Shown: piece by piece, positions 63,699 to 64,000 of the stretch | How positions within the stretch are numbered: position 1 is the stretch's first letter | How the letters are laid out: each line of letters opens with the position of its first letter | Source of the DNA: Styela clava | Lineage: Eukaryota | DNA length: 64,000 nucleotides | Assembly (NCBI RefSeq): GCF_964204865.1 | Contig: NC_135251.1 | Span: forward strand, 12,214,001 to 12,278,000 | Reading direction: 5' to 3' | Translations under genes and position numbers: made by a program | Notes under the pieces: model-generated | Seen by the model: the letters and a program-made list of their open reading frames with translations, nothing else | What the model was told of the DNA's origin: nothing | Databases searched by the model: none

Positions 63699-64000
63699 GT
63701 AAAATAATATGACTATTAAAAAGTTCAATTTTTCAAGTCAAGTCCTAAATTTTAAAAATGAATTTTTGGCGTGGGAATTACTTTTCCTGTCTATTTTCAT
63801 ACCAGTTTTCCTTTCGAAAAACTTTGCGATTTTCATAAGAGTGATTCTACTTCTTAGAAAGCTTGTTTGTTATATTTGCTTTTGACTGTTCAAAGCTGAT
63901 ATTCATTCATTCATGAAATATGAAGTTTCAGCCAAACAGGTTTTCAAAGTGATAAATATTCCAATTTCACCTATACAGTTCATTTGCTAATTACTAGCAG

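Overview
AT-rich animal genomic DNA, probably an invertebrate; an ascidian origin is plausible but cannot be shown from this window. The whole window lies inside one giant + strand, multi-exon gene that begins before position 1 and continues past 64000. Splicing by hand at GT-AG sites gives about 165 exons and one open frame of about 9,000 aa. The protein starts with the end of a VWD domain followed by C8, TIL and TILa-like domains (an FCGBP/zonadhesin/mucin-type D assembly). It then has 14 single-exon EGF-like domains, each set inside a ~450-500 aa acidic, predicted alpha-helical module that I do not recognise as a named domain. From 3644 onward every intron I traced is phase 1. The gene grew in layers: an ancient two-module duplication, an intermediate duplication, and a recent ~3.06 kb, 11-exon tandem array of about 6.3 copies. 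It also contains a 5,073-nt exon with ~181 copies of a 27-bp repeat (KTKDGEDSP) and a 51-bp D/K repeat exon. Two paralogous 48-aa exons have become strongly cationic and Trp/Tyr/Ile-rich, resembling antimicrobial or adhesive peptides, and they bracket the module that carries the giant repeat. The older introns hold several non-autonomous transposons: hAT MITEs with TSDs, a Tc1/mariner MITE, a Helentron/DINE-like element, hairpin MITEs and SINE-like copies. Exon coordinates were derived by hand and may be off by a few nt.
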